Assembly: GCA_965230955.1 (NCBI GenBank)
Contig: OZ246404.1
Coordinates: 225,184-289,183 of the forward strand
Direction of reading: 5' to 3'
From: an uncultured Candidatus Saccharibacteria bacterium
Lineage (GTDB): Bacteria > Patescibacteriota > CALEFQ01
DNA length: 64,000 bases
In this document: one piece after another, positions 11,719-20,341 of the stretch
How positions within the stretch are numbered: the first letter of the stretch is position 1
Layout of the letters: every line of letters starts with the position of its first letter
The notes under the pieces: generated by a model
Databases searched by the model: none
Told to the model about the DNA's origin: nothing
Seen by the model: only the letters and a program-made list of their open reading frames with translations
Position numbers and translations under genes: made by a program

Positions 11719-12264
11719 ATGCCTAAGCAACTAGGAAAGCGGGAGCGGCGTTGGTACGTACTCCATACCTACAGCGGTTACGAAGAAAATGTCGCCCGCA
11801 ATCTGCGCCAGCGTATCGAATCATTGGACATGGAAGACAAAATCTTCCAAGTGCTGGTGCCCAAAGAGAAAAAAATTAAGATCCGGAACGGGAAGAGAAA
11901 GGTAATCGAGGAAAAGATTTTCCCGGGCTATGTGCTGGTGGAAATGATTGTGACCGACGATTCCTGGTACGTGGTGCGCAATACGCCTCAGGTCACCGGT
12001 TTCATCGGATCGGGCACGACGCCGACGCCGATTTCCGACGAAGAAATCGATTCGCTCAAAAAGCGCATGGGCGTCAAAGAGCCGAAGTACAAAGTCGATA
12101 TCGAAGTCGGCGATTCGATCAAAATCACCGATGGTCCCTTCAAGGATTTTGACGGCAAGGTCAACGCGCTGGATGAAGAGAAGGGCAAAGTCAAAGTGCT
12201 GGTCAATATGTTTGGCCGCGAGACTCCGGTTGAACTCGACTTTTTACAAGTTAAAAAAGTTTAA
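11719..12264 (+). CDS. nusG: Transcription factor NusG
   Basis: WYVLHTYSGYE, FPGYVLVEM, GPFKDF, FGRETPVEL. Confidence 0.97.
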   Translation: MPKQLGKRERRWYVLHTYSGYEENVARNLRQRIESLDMEDKIFQVLVPKEKKIKIRNGKRKVIEEKIFPGYVLVEMIVTDDSWYVVRNTPQVTGFIGSGTTPTPISDEEIDSLKKRMGVKEPKYKVDIEVGDSIKITDGPFKDFDGKVNALDEEKGKVKVLVNMFGRETPVELDFLQVKKV

Positions 12265-12278
12265 TTTTGAATTTCGTA

Positions 12279-12328
12279 CCTGCCTGGCTTCCGTCCGAAG
12301 GCTTTCAGCCCGAGGCTCGGCGGGCAAG
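12279..12328. repeat. REP-like GC-rich palindromic element
   Basis: cctgcc..ccgaaggctttcagcccgagg..gcgggcaag between nusG and rplK. Confidence 0.45.
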
Positions 12329-12352
12329 TTATGAATTTTGCATTTAAATCTT

Positions 12353-12775
12353 ATGGCAAAGAAACCTAAGACAATCGTCAAACTTCAAATCGCTGCGGGA
12401 GCGGCGACTCCGGCCCCTCCGGTCGGTCCGGCTCTCGGCCAGCACGGCGTCAATATCAAGGAATTCGTTGATCGCTTCAATGAGAAAACGAAGAATCAGC
12501 GCGGCGATATTTTGCCGGTAGAAATTTCTATTTTTGACGACCGTTCGTTTACTTTCATCCTAAAAACTCCGCCGGCCGCGGAATTGCTCAAAAAAGCGGC
12601 CAAGGTCAAGAAAGGTTCTGGTGTGCCGCACAAAGATAAAGTCGGCACGGTCACTGACGCGCAGGTGGCAGAGATCGCCAAGAAAAAAATGCCCGACCTG
12701 AATGCCAATGATTTGCCGCAAGCCAAAAAGATCATTGCCGGGACGGCCCGCAGTATGGGACTGGAAGTAAAGTAA
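12353..12775 (+). CDS. rplK: 50S ribosomal protein L11
   Basis: [28 protein letters not shown]; start at MAKK. Confidence 0.97.
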   Translation: MAKKPKTIVKLQIAAGAATPAPPVGPALGQHGVNIKEFVDRFNEKTKNQRGDILPVEISIFDDRSFTFILKTPPAAELLKKAAKVKKGSGVPHKDKVGTVTDAQVAEIAKKKMPDLNANDLPQAKKIIAGTARSMGLEVK

Positions 12776-12817
12776 AATAAATTTTCTCACACCAATCGTG
12801 TGAGAAAATTTATTTTA
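12773..12817. repeat. Perfect 20-bp inverted repeat with 5-nt loop
   Basis: taaaataaattttctcacac-caatc-gtgtgagaaaatttatttta. Confidence 0.9.
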
Positions 12818-12888
12818 TGGCCTTCGCGGCCGGGGCTCCTGAATGCTCCCCGAACCCCGGATGGTATTAACCTCTGGAGATCATTAGA

Positions 12889-13755
12889 ATGTCAGATTTA
12901 AAAACAATCTTTGGTTCCGGCCCTGTTTCAGTCGAGCAGCTGGGTGGCGGCCTGGATAAATTAAACTTTGCGGTTCATTCGCCGGAAGGTTTTTTTATTT
13001 GGCAATTATCCGCGAAACAAATCGATCGGTCTCGTTTCGACCGGCTGGAAAAATTGGCTGAATATCTGGACGGGCGCGGTATCGTCACTCGGCGTTTGGT
13101 GGCGGGGAGCCTGGTGCCTTTGCCGCAGTCATCTTTCCGCTGGTCGGCTGTTTATCGGGGTGTCCCGGGTCGCTCCCAGATGTGGTCGGCCTATTCGCCG
13201 ACTCAGATAAAAAATGCGGTCAAATATTTGGAGTTGATCCATTTGGCCGGACGTGATTTTCCCGAGCGCGCTGAATTGTGCCGGGCCGATCAGCTCTGGC
13301 GCTCTCTGAATCTGGAAACTCTTGGCGTCGAGCGGTCCGGTTATAGGGTGAATACCGAGAAGCTTCGCCGGATTATCGAGCGGTTAAACACCGGGTCGGA
13401 GAAAAACGAATTTGAGACTGTTTTGCACGGTGATTACGGTCGCGCTAATATCATTTTTTCCGATCAGCGGATCGCTGGCGTAGTGGATTTTGATCGGGCG
13501 GTAGTGGGACATCCGGTAGTTGACCTGGGGCGGTTTACGAGCTATCTTTTACTTGATACCGCTATTGCGCGTGCGACCATATTAACGGCCGTTCGTCAAA
13601 ACTATGCCGCTTGTCCCATCGCACCGGCGGATCTGGAAGCCGCGCTGCAATTGGCTTGGTTTCTGGATTGGTTGGCTTGGCGGGACACGCCGTCGGAAAT
13701 GACGCGGAAACTGATTAATCAACTTATTTCTGAACAGTTAATTTTAAAAATATGA
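12889..13755 (+). CDS. APH / type II homoserine kinase-like phosphotransferase
   Basis: Brenner motif LHGDYGRAN and VVDFD. Confidence 0.8.
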   Translation: MSDLKTIFGSGPVSVEQLGGGLDKLNFAVHSPEGFFIWQLSAKQIDRSRFDRLEKLAEYLDGRGIVTRRLVAGSLVPLPQSSFRWSAVYRGVPGRSQMWSAYSPTQIKNAVKYLELIHLAGRDFPERAELCRADQLWRSLNLETLGVERSGYRVNTEKLRRIIERLNTGSEKNEFETVLHGDYGRANIIFSDQRIAGVVDFDRAVVGHPVVDLGRFTSYLLLDTAIARATILTAVRQNYAACPIAPADLEAALQLAWFLDWLAWRDTPSEMTRKLINQLISEQLILKI

Positions 13756-14318
13756 CCCCGAAACAAATCAATGCCCGTATTTTCACCAATGAAAAAGACT
13801 TGGTCGCTTTGCAGGCCAAACTTCGCCGGCAGAAGAAAAAAATAGTTTTCACCAGCGGCAGTTTTGATTTGATCCACGTCGGACACACTCGTTACTTGGA
13901 AGAAGCCAAAGAGCGGGGCGATATCCTGGTGGTGGGGGTGAGCAGCAACAAAGCGATTCAGAAAGTCAAAGGGCCGAATAAGCCGGTTTTGGATGAAAAG
14001 GTCCGCTCGGAAATGTTGGTCTATTTGCGGGCGGTGGATTACGTGGTGATCTTGCGCCAACCGAGCTGCCTCAAAGCTTTGATGTATCTGAAGCCGGATA
14101 TTTTCATCACCGTCGGGGAGGACTGGAATCAAGGCTGTCAGGAAAGTCCGGAAGCGGAAGCTGTCCGAGACGGCGGCGGACGAGTGGTGGTCTTGCGCCG
14201 ACAATCGCCGAAAATTTCCACGACTTCGATTATTGATAATATTGTGGCGCGACAAATCATGAAGAATTTCAAGCAGGCGCTCGATCAGCATAATGGGGCA
14301 TTAAAAGAAAATGCGTGA
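13752..14318 (+). CDS. Cytidylyl/adenylyltransferase (RfaE-II/TagD-like)
   Basis: TSGSFDLIHVGH (HxGH), VVGVSS, ISTTSII; ATGA overlap with kinase. Confidence 0.85.
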   Translation: MTPKQINARIFTNEKDLVALQAKLRRQKKKIVFTSGSFDLIHVGHTRYLEEAKERGDILVVGVSSNKAIQKVKGPNKPVLDEKVRSEMLVYLRAVDYVVILRQPSCLKALMYLKPDIFITVGEDWNQGCQESPEAEAVRDGGGRVVVLRRQSPKISTTSIIDNIVARQIMKNFKQALDQHNGALKENA

Positions 14319-14772
14319 CGCTTATTATCATGGCGTGATGGCCAAGCTGGACAAGTGTCCTTTTTGTGATTTAAAAGATAAGTACATTATCACCGAGCGT
14401 TCGGGTATGGTGCTGACGGTCAATCTGTTTCCTTATGTGGATTATCACCTGATGATAGTTTCCCGGCGCCATATTGAAACTCTCGGTGAACTGAAGAAAA
14501 ATGAATGGGCGGCGGTGTACTATCTGTCTAAACTGGGATTTGATTTGATTGCTCGGGTCTGGGGCGAGAAGAAAGTCAATATTTTGTATCGCGAAGGTAA
14601 AAATTCCGGAAAAAGCCTGGGCCACTGGCATTGGCATTTGATTCCTTTTGTGCAGGAATCTTTTTCTTTCAAAAAGTTTAGCGTTAAAATCGCTCCGCTG
14701 CGCTCGGCTCAGCGGCTGCGGCGTTTACTTAAAACACGTGGAAATTCAAGACGTAAAAAGAGAGCTGACTAA
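14311..14772 (+). CDS. HIT-family nucleotide hydrolase
   Basis: CPFC, NLFPY..HLMIV, HWHWHLIP. Confidence 0.85.
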   Translation: MRDAYYHGVMAKLDKCPFCDLKDKYIITERSGMVLTVNLFPYVDYHLMIVSRRHIETLGELKKNEWAAVYYLSKLGFDLIARVWGEKKVNILYREGKNSGKSLGHWHWHLIPFVQESFSFKKFSVKIAPLRSAQRLRRLLKTRGNSRRKKRAD

Positions 14773-15217
14773 GCATCAATTATCCGGGCACGGTAATAAA
14801 ACCGTTTTGGTCGGGATTGGCGTGCTTTACCGTGAAGGAAAATTTCTTTTGACCCGGGCGAAAAACCGCGAATACTGGTGTTTCCCAGGCGGTATATATG
14901 ATGTGGCCGGAGAAACTTTGGAAATGCTGATTGCCCGCGAGTACCGAGAAGAATTGTCGGTCGATATTGAAGTCCTCAGTCCGGTCGATAATCGCCTCGA
15001 TATCAGCAGTACCGGTAATTATTTTCGATTGTTGTCATACTATTTGGTCTGTCAAAAAGACAGTCGTACGCCCCGTTGCGTCGATAACGGCGATCCGGCC
15101 GACCTGGCTGAATTGCGCTGGGTTTCGCTTTCCGAAATCGACTCTTTGCCGACGGCGCTGGATACCAGGCGGATTGCCAAGAAGACGCAGTGGCTGGCGG
15201 AGCATGGGTTGTGTTAG
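14738..15217 (+). CDS. Nudix hydrolase
   Basis: WCFPGG..GETLEMLIAREYREELSV Nudix box; probable GTG start at 14738. Confidence 0.8.
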   Translation: MEIQDVKRELTKHQLSGHGNKTVLVGIGVLYREGKFLLTRAKNREYWCFPGGIYDVAGETLEMLIAREYREELSVDIEVLSPVDNRLDISSTGNYFRLLSYYLVCQKDSRTPRCVDNGDPADLAELRWVSLSEIDSLPTALDTRRIAKKTQWLAEHGLC

Positions 15218-15290
15218 TGTCGTTGGTCTTTTGTCTTTGGTCTTTGGCCAAATTTCAAAACCTAAAGACTAAAGACTAAAGACTAAAGAC
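15218..15290. repeat. Inverted heptamer hairpin (GTCTTTG)n ... (TAAAGAC)n
   Basis: ggtcttttgtctttggtctttgg ... ctaaagactaaagactaaagactaaagac. Confidence 0.85.
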
Positions 15291-15300
15291 ACCTCCTCTT

Positions 15301-16236
15301 ATGCCGACAGCATTAGAATTCCCCCAAGACAAAAAAGAAATAGCCGCCTTGGCCGCTAAGCGCCCGGTGATTTTTTTTGCGGCTACGATGAGAATCAGTC
15401 CGGCTCGGTTTAAAGAATTGCTGAAAATAATCCCGCGAGGTTTTACGCCAGTTTTTGGCTTTCATCTCGAAAAAAAGATCGATCGTTTGGACGGCCCGGT
15501 GTTTTTACCGCAACGATCGTGGGCCGGGTTCAAATTACCGAAAATATCGCTGGTCGTTCAATATCGAGAAAAGGATGTCAGTGACCTAGTGGTTGCTTTA
15601 CGGCCCCGGCGTTTGGTGTTTGTTCATGGATCGTGGTGTACGGCGTTGTATTTTCGCGAGGTTTGGCATGCGGCTTTTCAAGCCAATGCTCAGCTGGCGG
15701 TGCAGGATATCAAATTGATTTCACCGTATACCAGAGCGGAAGCGGAAAAGAAAAGAGGAAAATTCGGGAATACCAGTTCGATCAAAACCAGAAAAGCTAC
15801 GATATTTGATCGACGACTTATCAGAAGTGTAGTCCAAGCGGCTTCGCAATCTCTCTGTTGGGTGCGTCAGCGCGGGGCGGTGGTGATACGCGGCCGAAAA
15901 ATTTTGGTCAGCTCGTTTAATCGTGTCTGGCCCTATGATAGTTATTGTTTGGAAAAAGGCTGTGTGCGGGAGGCAAATTTAATTCCCAGCGGACAACAAT
16001 TGGAGAAATGTTTTACCGCCCACGCCGAGACCGGTGTTATCTCTCGGGCCGCACGGCAGGGGATAAAGCTCGATGGCAGTGTCATGTATACTACAACTTT
16101 CCCTTGTATAAATTGCGCCAAGGTAATTGTCGGTAGCGGAATTAAGGAAATTGTTTTTTGGGAAGATTATGCCAATCGTGACGGCGAATTAATTCTGCGC
16201 GGCGGGGGAATCAAACTGACGAAATTGAAAATTTAA
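15301..16236 (+). CDS. dCMP deaminase with unrecognised N-terminal domain
   Basis: HAE..PCINCAK zinc motif, C.E.GC.R; about 170-aa N-terminal extension. Confidence 0.8.
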   Translation: MPTALEFPQDKKEIAALAAKRPVIFFAATMRISPARFKELLKIIPRGFTPVFGFHLEKKIDRLDGPVFLPQRSWAGFKLPKISLVVQYREKDVSDLVVALRPRRLVFVHGSWCTALYFREVWHAAFQANAQLAVQDIKLISPYTRAEAEKKRGKFGNTSSIKTRKATIFDRRLIRSVVQAASQSLCWVRQRGAVVIRGRKILVSSFNRVWPYDSYCLEKGCVREANLIPSGQQLEKCFTAHAETGVISRAARQGIKLDGSVMYTTTFPCINCAKVIVGSGIKEIVFWEDYANRDGELILRGGGIKLTKLKI

Positions 16237-16240
16237 TTTT

Positions 16241-16304
16241 GTAGGGGCGGACCTGTGTGTCCGCCCGCGATCATCGCCGGGCGACCACATGGGGTCGCCC
16301 CTAC
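16241..16304. repeat. GTAG-type REP doublet (REPIN-like)
   Basis: GTAGGGGCGGAC..GTCCGCCC ... GGGCGACC..GGTCGCCCCTAC. Confidence 0.85.
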
Positions 16305-16322
16305 CAAGGCAACAATAATTTC

Positions 16323-17747
16323 ATGCCAAAATCCAATTGGCCCAAGTATTATCACGACAAACTCTATCTCGGTGATCCGAAGTCATCGACGGCTTTGGTG
16401 ACGCTGTGGACGGTCAAAGAAGAAATTTGCCGGAAACTGCCGGCAAAAAGTTTTTGCGTGGCCGGCCAGCTCTATAGCAAGCGGGGGATCAGTTTCCTTT
16501 TGCGCAATATCTTGGCCAACCCGTCGATTCGCACGGTAATCGTTTGCGGGCGGGATGACACGAAATCGGGGCAGGCTCTGCTGGCCTTCGCCAGAAACGG
16601 CGTTGATAACGAATACCGCGTCCGTGGTACAGAAAACTTGGTGATCGACCGGGAAATTCCGCGCGATCGTTTGGAACTAGTTCGACGCCGAGTAAAATTC
16701 ATTAATTTGATAGGCATTGATGATCCGGCCAAGATTTTGCCTGCTGTCCGGCGAATCAAGCCTCAACCGCCATTCGCTCGACCGGAGATTTTCCCTCTGC
16801 CTCAGATTTCGCGCTCCCGTTGCTTGCCGGCCGAAGCCGGAATCCAAACAGTGCGCGGCCGATCGATTAGTACCGTTTGGCCGGCGATTCTGCGTCGGTT
16901 GATGCGCTTTGGGGTGGAGAGCCGACATTTTCACGGCAGCCAGGTTAAAGAGATTTTCAATTTAACCGCGGTGGTTACAGCCGAAAACTCGGCCAAGCCG
17001 AAGCTGATACCGGAATTCGGGTTTACCGCAACGGAATTAAAATCATATATCAAAAATTTTCTGAGCCCGGTCAAGGGCAAGGAAGAGTATACCTACGGCA
17101 GTCGGATGCGCGCTTTTCGAGGGATAAATCAAGTGGATGAGATGGCGCGTAAAATAAAAGGTTACGCCAATGATCGCGGAGCGCTATCGGTGCTTTGGGA
17201 TCCTACCACCGATAACGCGCCGCGCAAAGTTCCATGCTTGAGTTTGGTTCAGGCGAACGGGGAAGGCGATAAAATTAACCTGACGGCATATTTTCGCTCC
17301 AACGATATGTTTAACGGCTGGCCGCGCAATGCTTTCGCGCTTCGAGCTCTGCAGGCGGAACTTGCCAAGAAAACCGGGAAAAAGCTGGGCTGGTTGACGA
17401 CCATTTCAAATTGCGCCCATATTTATGAAAATGAATGGCCGCTGGCCGAGTCCGTGGTCAAAAAGTATTCCACGGCTTCCGCGTTCGAGCCGGATTCCCG
17501 CGGCGACGTTTTGATCGAGGTGCGCGGTAAAAAAATTGCCGTAACTCATTTATCGCCGAGCGGAGAGGTCCTGCATGACTGGTCTTTTGACGGACAAACA
17601 AAAAACGCCGCGCTCAAAATTATCAAGGATTTGCAACGCCAAGAGGTTTTTAGCGATGTTTATCACGCGGCCTATTTAGGAACCGAACTCCAGAAGGCAG
17701 TGCAGGCGATAAAACACAAAAAGAAATATGAGCAGGATAAAGAATAA
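16323..17747 (+). CDS. Thymidylate synthase (ThyA fold) fused to N-terminal MtrA-like and C-terminal DUF4346-like domains
   Basis: YTYGSRMR, VPCL, YFRSNDMFNGWPRN, AHIYE; N-term NILANPSIR..VCG..SGQAL; C-term HAAYLGTELQKA. Confidence 0.8.
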   Translation: MPKSNWPKYYHDKLYLGDPKSSTALVTLWTVKEEICRKLPAKSFCVAGQLYSKRGISFLLRNILANPSIRTVIVCGRDDTKSGQALLAFARNGVDNEYRVRGTENLVIDREIPRDRLELVRRRVKFINLIGIDDPAKILPAVRRIKPQPPFARPEIFPLPQISRSRCLPAEAGIQTVRGRSISTVWPAILRRLMRFGVESRHFHGSQVKEIFNLTAVVTAENSAKPKLIPEFGFTATELKSYIKNFLSPVKGKEEYTYGSRMRAFRGINQVDEMARKIKGYANDRGALSVLWDPTTDNAPRKVPCLSLVQANGEGDKINLTAYFRSNDMFNGWPRNAFALRALQAELAKKTGKKLGWLTTISNCAHIYENEWPLAESVVKKYSTASAFEPDSRGDVLIEVRGKKIAVTHLSPSGEVLHDWSFDGQTKNAALKIIKDLQRQEVFSDVYHAAYLGTELQKAVQAIKHKKKYEQDKE

Positions 17748-17817
17748 GATATTAAGATTTAAGATATTAAGAGTATTAAGATTTGAGATGTAAGATTTAA
17801 GATGTTGAGATATAAGA
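17745..17817 (+). repeat. Tandem 7/8-mer array (TAAGATN)n
   Basis: taagatattaagatttaagatattaagagtattaagatttgagatgtaagatttaagatg. Confidence 0.85.
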
Positions 17818-17949
17818 GGGGAAAGAAGTCGTGACTATTATTTGCCTCACTTGATTGATTGAACAGAGCGGGGTTTTTGTTTCTGATTTTCGGTTGCGGC
17901 CTTTTTAAAAAAAAGCTGCCAAACGAGTTTGGCAGCGTGAGCGATGTGT

Positions 17950-18282
17950 TTATTGTTCAGGTGGTGGCGGCGCGGGATCGGGGGTCGGTTCGAGGATCTG
18001 AAGGATCTTTTTGGCGATATTGCGGGTTTCTCGAGCCAGTTGGAAAATTCTGTATACTCGATAGGCAAACCAGGATACGGGAATCGCCATTCCTAGGAGC
18101 CAAAATTTGCCTTCCGGGATGAACAATATGCTAAACGCCAGACTTAAGCAGTAGAGGACGGCGATAGCCATTGCAGTTTGTACAGCGGTGCTTCTTCTCA
18201 TTGATTCCGTTTCTTTGAATTTCATCAGGTGCTCCCTAATCCTTCTGTGTTGTTTCATTCTTATCTCAATAAGATCGCTCAT
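17950..18282 (-). CDS. Small 2-TM ORFan with Pro-rich tail
   Basis: TTGACA-17-TAGCGT, SD gaaaggagg before MSDLIE; terminator gctgccaaac..gtttggcagc-T8 at about 17907-17937. Confidence 0.7.
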   Translation of the reverse strand: MSDLIEIRMKQHRRIREHLMKFKETESMRRSTAVQTAMAIAVLYCLSLAFSILFIPEGKFWLLGMAIPVSWFAYRVYRIFQLARETRNIAKKILQILEPTPDPAPPPPEQ

Positions 18283-18374
18283 GAATTCCTCCTTTCGAAT
18301 TGTCTCTATGAGCTGTACGCTATAGAATTCTACCGAGTCTGTCAAGGCTGAGTCGAATGACCGTAACTGCCTGG

Positions 18375-19499
18375 CTAAACTCCGTCCGAGGTGCTGTTTA
18401 CATCGGCTAGACGCCGATAAACTTTTTCATAATTTCCCGACATTCGCTGGGTGGAAAAATATTTTTCCACGTGCCGACGGCAATATGATCGATCGATGCG
18501 GTCGATTTTTTTTATGGCTCGAACCATCTCCGGTACATTTTTCACGATGTAGCCTGTTTTCCCGCTGATCATAATCTCGGGAATCGCTCCGCGGCCGAAG
18601 GCGATGACCGGTGTGCCGCAAGCCAAGGCTTCAATCACGGCCAGACCGAAAGGCTCTTCCCAGGAACAAGGGAAAAGGAAGGCCTTGGCGTGCCCTAGGA
18701 AGCTAGATCGTTTCCGAGGATCGCCGATATAGCCGACATAACTGGCGGATTTCCCGAGATAGGGTAGTATTTTTTTGCAAAAATAACTCTGGGGCAGATT
18801 GCGATCATAGGAGTTGCCCGCTAGTGAGATTTTGTGTCCGGCTTTTTTCGCCGCTGCCAGCGCGAGATGCACGCCTTTCTTGGGGAGTAGACGCCCGAAA
18901 TGGATGAGGTTTTCTCCTCCTGATTTATTGAAGTGAAACTTGTGCAGATTGATGCCATTATAAACATTGGCGACAAAATGTAGGCGATGATTAGCTCGCC
19001 GCTGGTTTTTACTGATCGATACGAAATTATTTCGGCGGTTGAAATCAAGTAGTTGCTTCAGGGGGAGAGTGAGGTCGAGCGGGTCGTGAATGGTGAAGAC
19101 CGAAGGTGTTTTGATCAGCCGGCTGGAGTACATGGCTGAGCCGTTAGTCATGAAGTGATGCAGGACATCGAATTGTCCCCGTTGAGCTTGCGACATGGCT
19201 CGGGCGGTTAATTCGCTATCGGCCAGTTGTTCGTAGGTTTGCCAGGTTGATTTGAATTTTTGGCTAAACTCCAAGGCTGATACCTTTGAAGCCCTTAATT
19301 GATCATAAAAAACATGTAAATCCGGGTTGATCAGCCTGGCCTTGGTGGCCTGTCGGCTACAGGTAAAAACGGTCACTTGGTGGCCGCGCCGGATCAACTC
19401 GGAAGTCAGATCAAAAGCCAGCTCATGCGGAGCATGAATCAATTCCCGGGTGATTTCGGGGATGGTGTAGAGACTGGTCAGAAGAATTGCAATTTTCAT
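18375..19499 (-). CDS. Glycosyltransferase family 4
   Basis: GHQVTVF, VYNGI, GRLLPKKG, WEEPFGLAVIEALACGTPVI. Confidence 0.92.
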   Translation of the reverse strand: MKIAILLTSLYTIPEITRELIHAPHELAFDLTSELIRRGHQVTVFTCSRQATKARLINPDLHVFYDQLRASKVSALEFSQKFKSTWQTYEQLADSELTARAMSQAQRGQFDVLHHFMTNGSAMYSSRLIKTPSVFTIHDPLDLTLPLKQLLDFNRRNNFVSISKNQRRANHRLHFVANVYNGINLHKFHFNKSGGENLIHFGRLLPKKGVHLALAAAKKAGHKISLAGNSYDRNLPQSYFCKKILPYLGKSASYVGYIGDPRKRSSFLGHAKAFLFPCSWEEPFGLAVIEALACGTPVIAFGRGAIPEIMISGKTGYIVKNVPEMVRAIKKIDRIDRSYCRRHVEKYFSTQRMSGNYEKVYRRLADVNSTSDGV

Positions 19500-19593
19500 A
19501 GGATTAGCTTATACTAGCAATCGACCGTGACGGACGCAAGTCCGGCATGGCCTGTCATCCCTCTGGGGGTGATCAGCCAATTTTAACCTTAAC

Positions 19594-19630
19594 CGTGGAA
19601 CCTTGTTTTTAAACGGGGATTATGACCACG
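19594..19630 (+). promoter_or_regulatory. Putative L1-binding autoregulatory hairpin upstream of rplA
   Basis: cgtgg/ccacg outer stem, ccttgttt/aaacgggg inner stem, asymmetric internal loop with GA. Confidence 0.5.
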
Positions 19631-19641
19631 AAGGAAATTCT

Positions 19642-20319
19642 ATGGCTAGAAGCAAACGTTATCAGGAGGAAAGAAAATTAGTGGCTGAGAAGACTTACCA
19701 GCCCCAGGAAGCGATCGCGCTTCTGAAAACAATGTCGAAAGTCAAGTTTTCACCATCGGTGGAAGTGCATATTCGCCTAAATGTTGATCCTTCCCAGAGC
19801 ACTCAGTTGATCCGCGGCTCGGTCGTAATGCCGGCTGGTACGGGGAAAGAGAGACGGGTGGCGGTATTTTGTACGCCGGAAAAAGAAAAGGAAGCCAAAG
19901 CGGCCGGAGCTGATGTGGTCGGCGGAAAAGAATTGATCAAGGAAATTAAGCTTAAAAAAACCATTAATTTCGACGCCGCGGTGGCCGAACCGGCCATGAT
20001 GCGCGAGATCGGGCCGATTGCGCCGATTCTCGGACCAAAAGGGTTGATGCCTAATCCCAAGACGGAGACAGTGACGCCGGATGTGGCTAAAGCCGTCAAA
20101 GCGTTGAAGGGCGGCAAAGTGAATTTCCGTATGGATGACGGCGGAAACCTGCATCAATTGATCGGGAAATTATCTTTTAGCGAAGCTGATCTGGTAAAAA
20201 ACCTGGAAGCTTTTCTGGAAGCTCTCAATAAACTAAAACCGGCGAAAATCAAAGGATCGCTGATCAAAAAGGCGATCGTCAAAACTTCGATGAGTCCCGC
20301 CGTAAAAATCAAGGCTTAA
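19642..20319 (+). CDS. rplA: 50S ribosomal protein L1
   Basis: LGPKGLMPNPK, G.LH..IGK.SF; start at MARSK. Confidence 0.97.
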   Translation: MARSKRYQEERKLVAEKTYQPQEAIALLKTMSKVKFSPSVEVHIRLNVDPSQSTQLIRGSVVMPAGTGKERRVAVFCTPEKEKEAKAAGADVVGGKELIKEIKLKKTINFDAAVAEPAMMREIGPIAPILGPKGLMPNPKTETVTPDVAKAVKALKGGKVNFRMDDGGNLHQLIGKLSFSEADLVKNLEAFLEALNKLKPAKIKGSLIKKAIVKTSMSPAVKIKA

Positions 20320-20341
20320 CAGCTTTGATTTTGTTTTATTT

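Noticed and set aside
16257-16322. N-terminal extensions in the ORF track (TS from 16257, uppS from 55947, Nudix from 14648, miaB from 25521, rplA from 19603)
   Set aside because: They translate REP, heptamer, terminator or leader sequence; downstream starts fit the family N-termini better.
16323-17747. Methanogenesis gene or dCMP hydroxymethylase
   Set aside because: No other mtr genes and the corrinoid His is absent; the TS specificity residue is Asn, not Asp.
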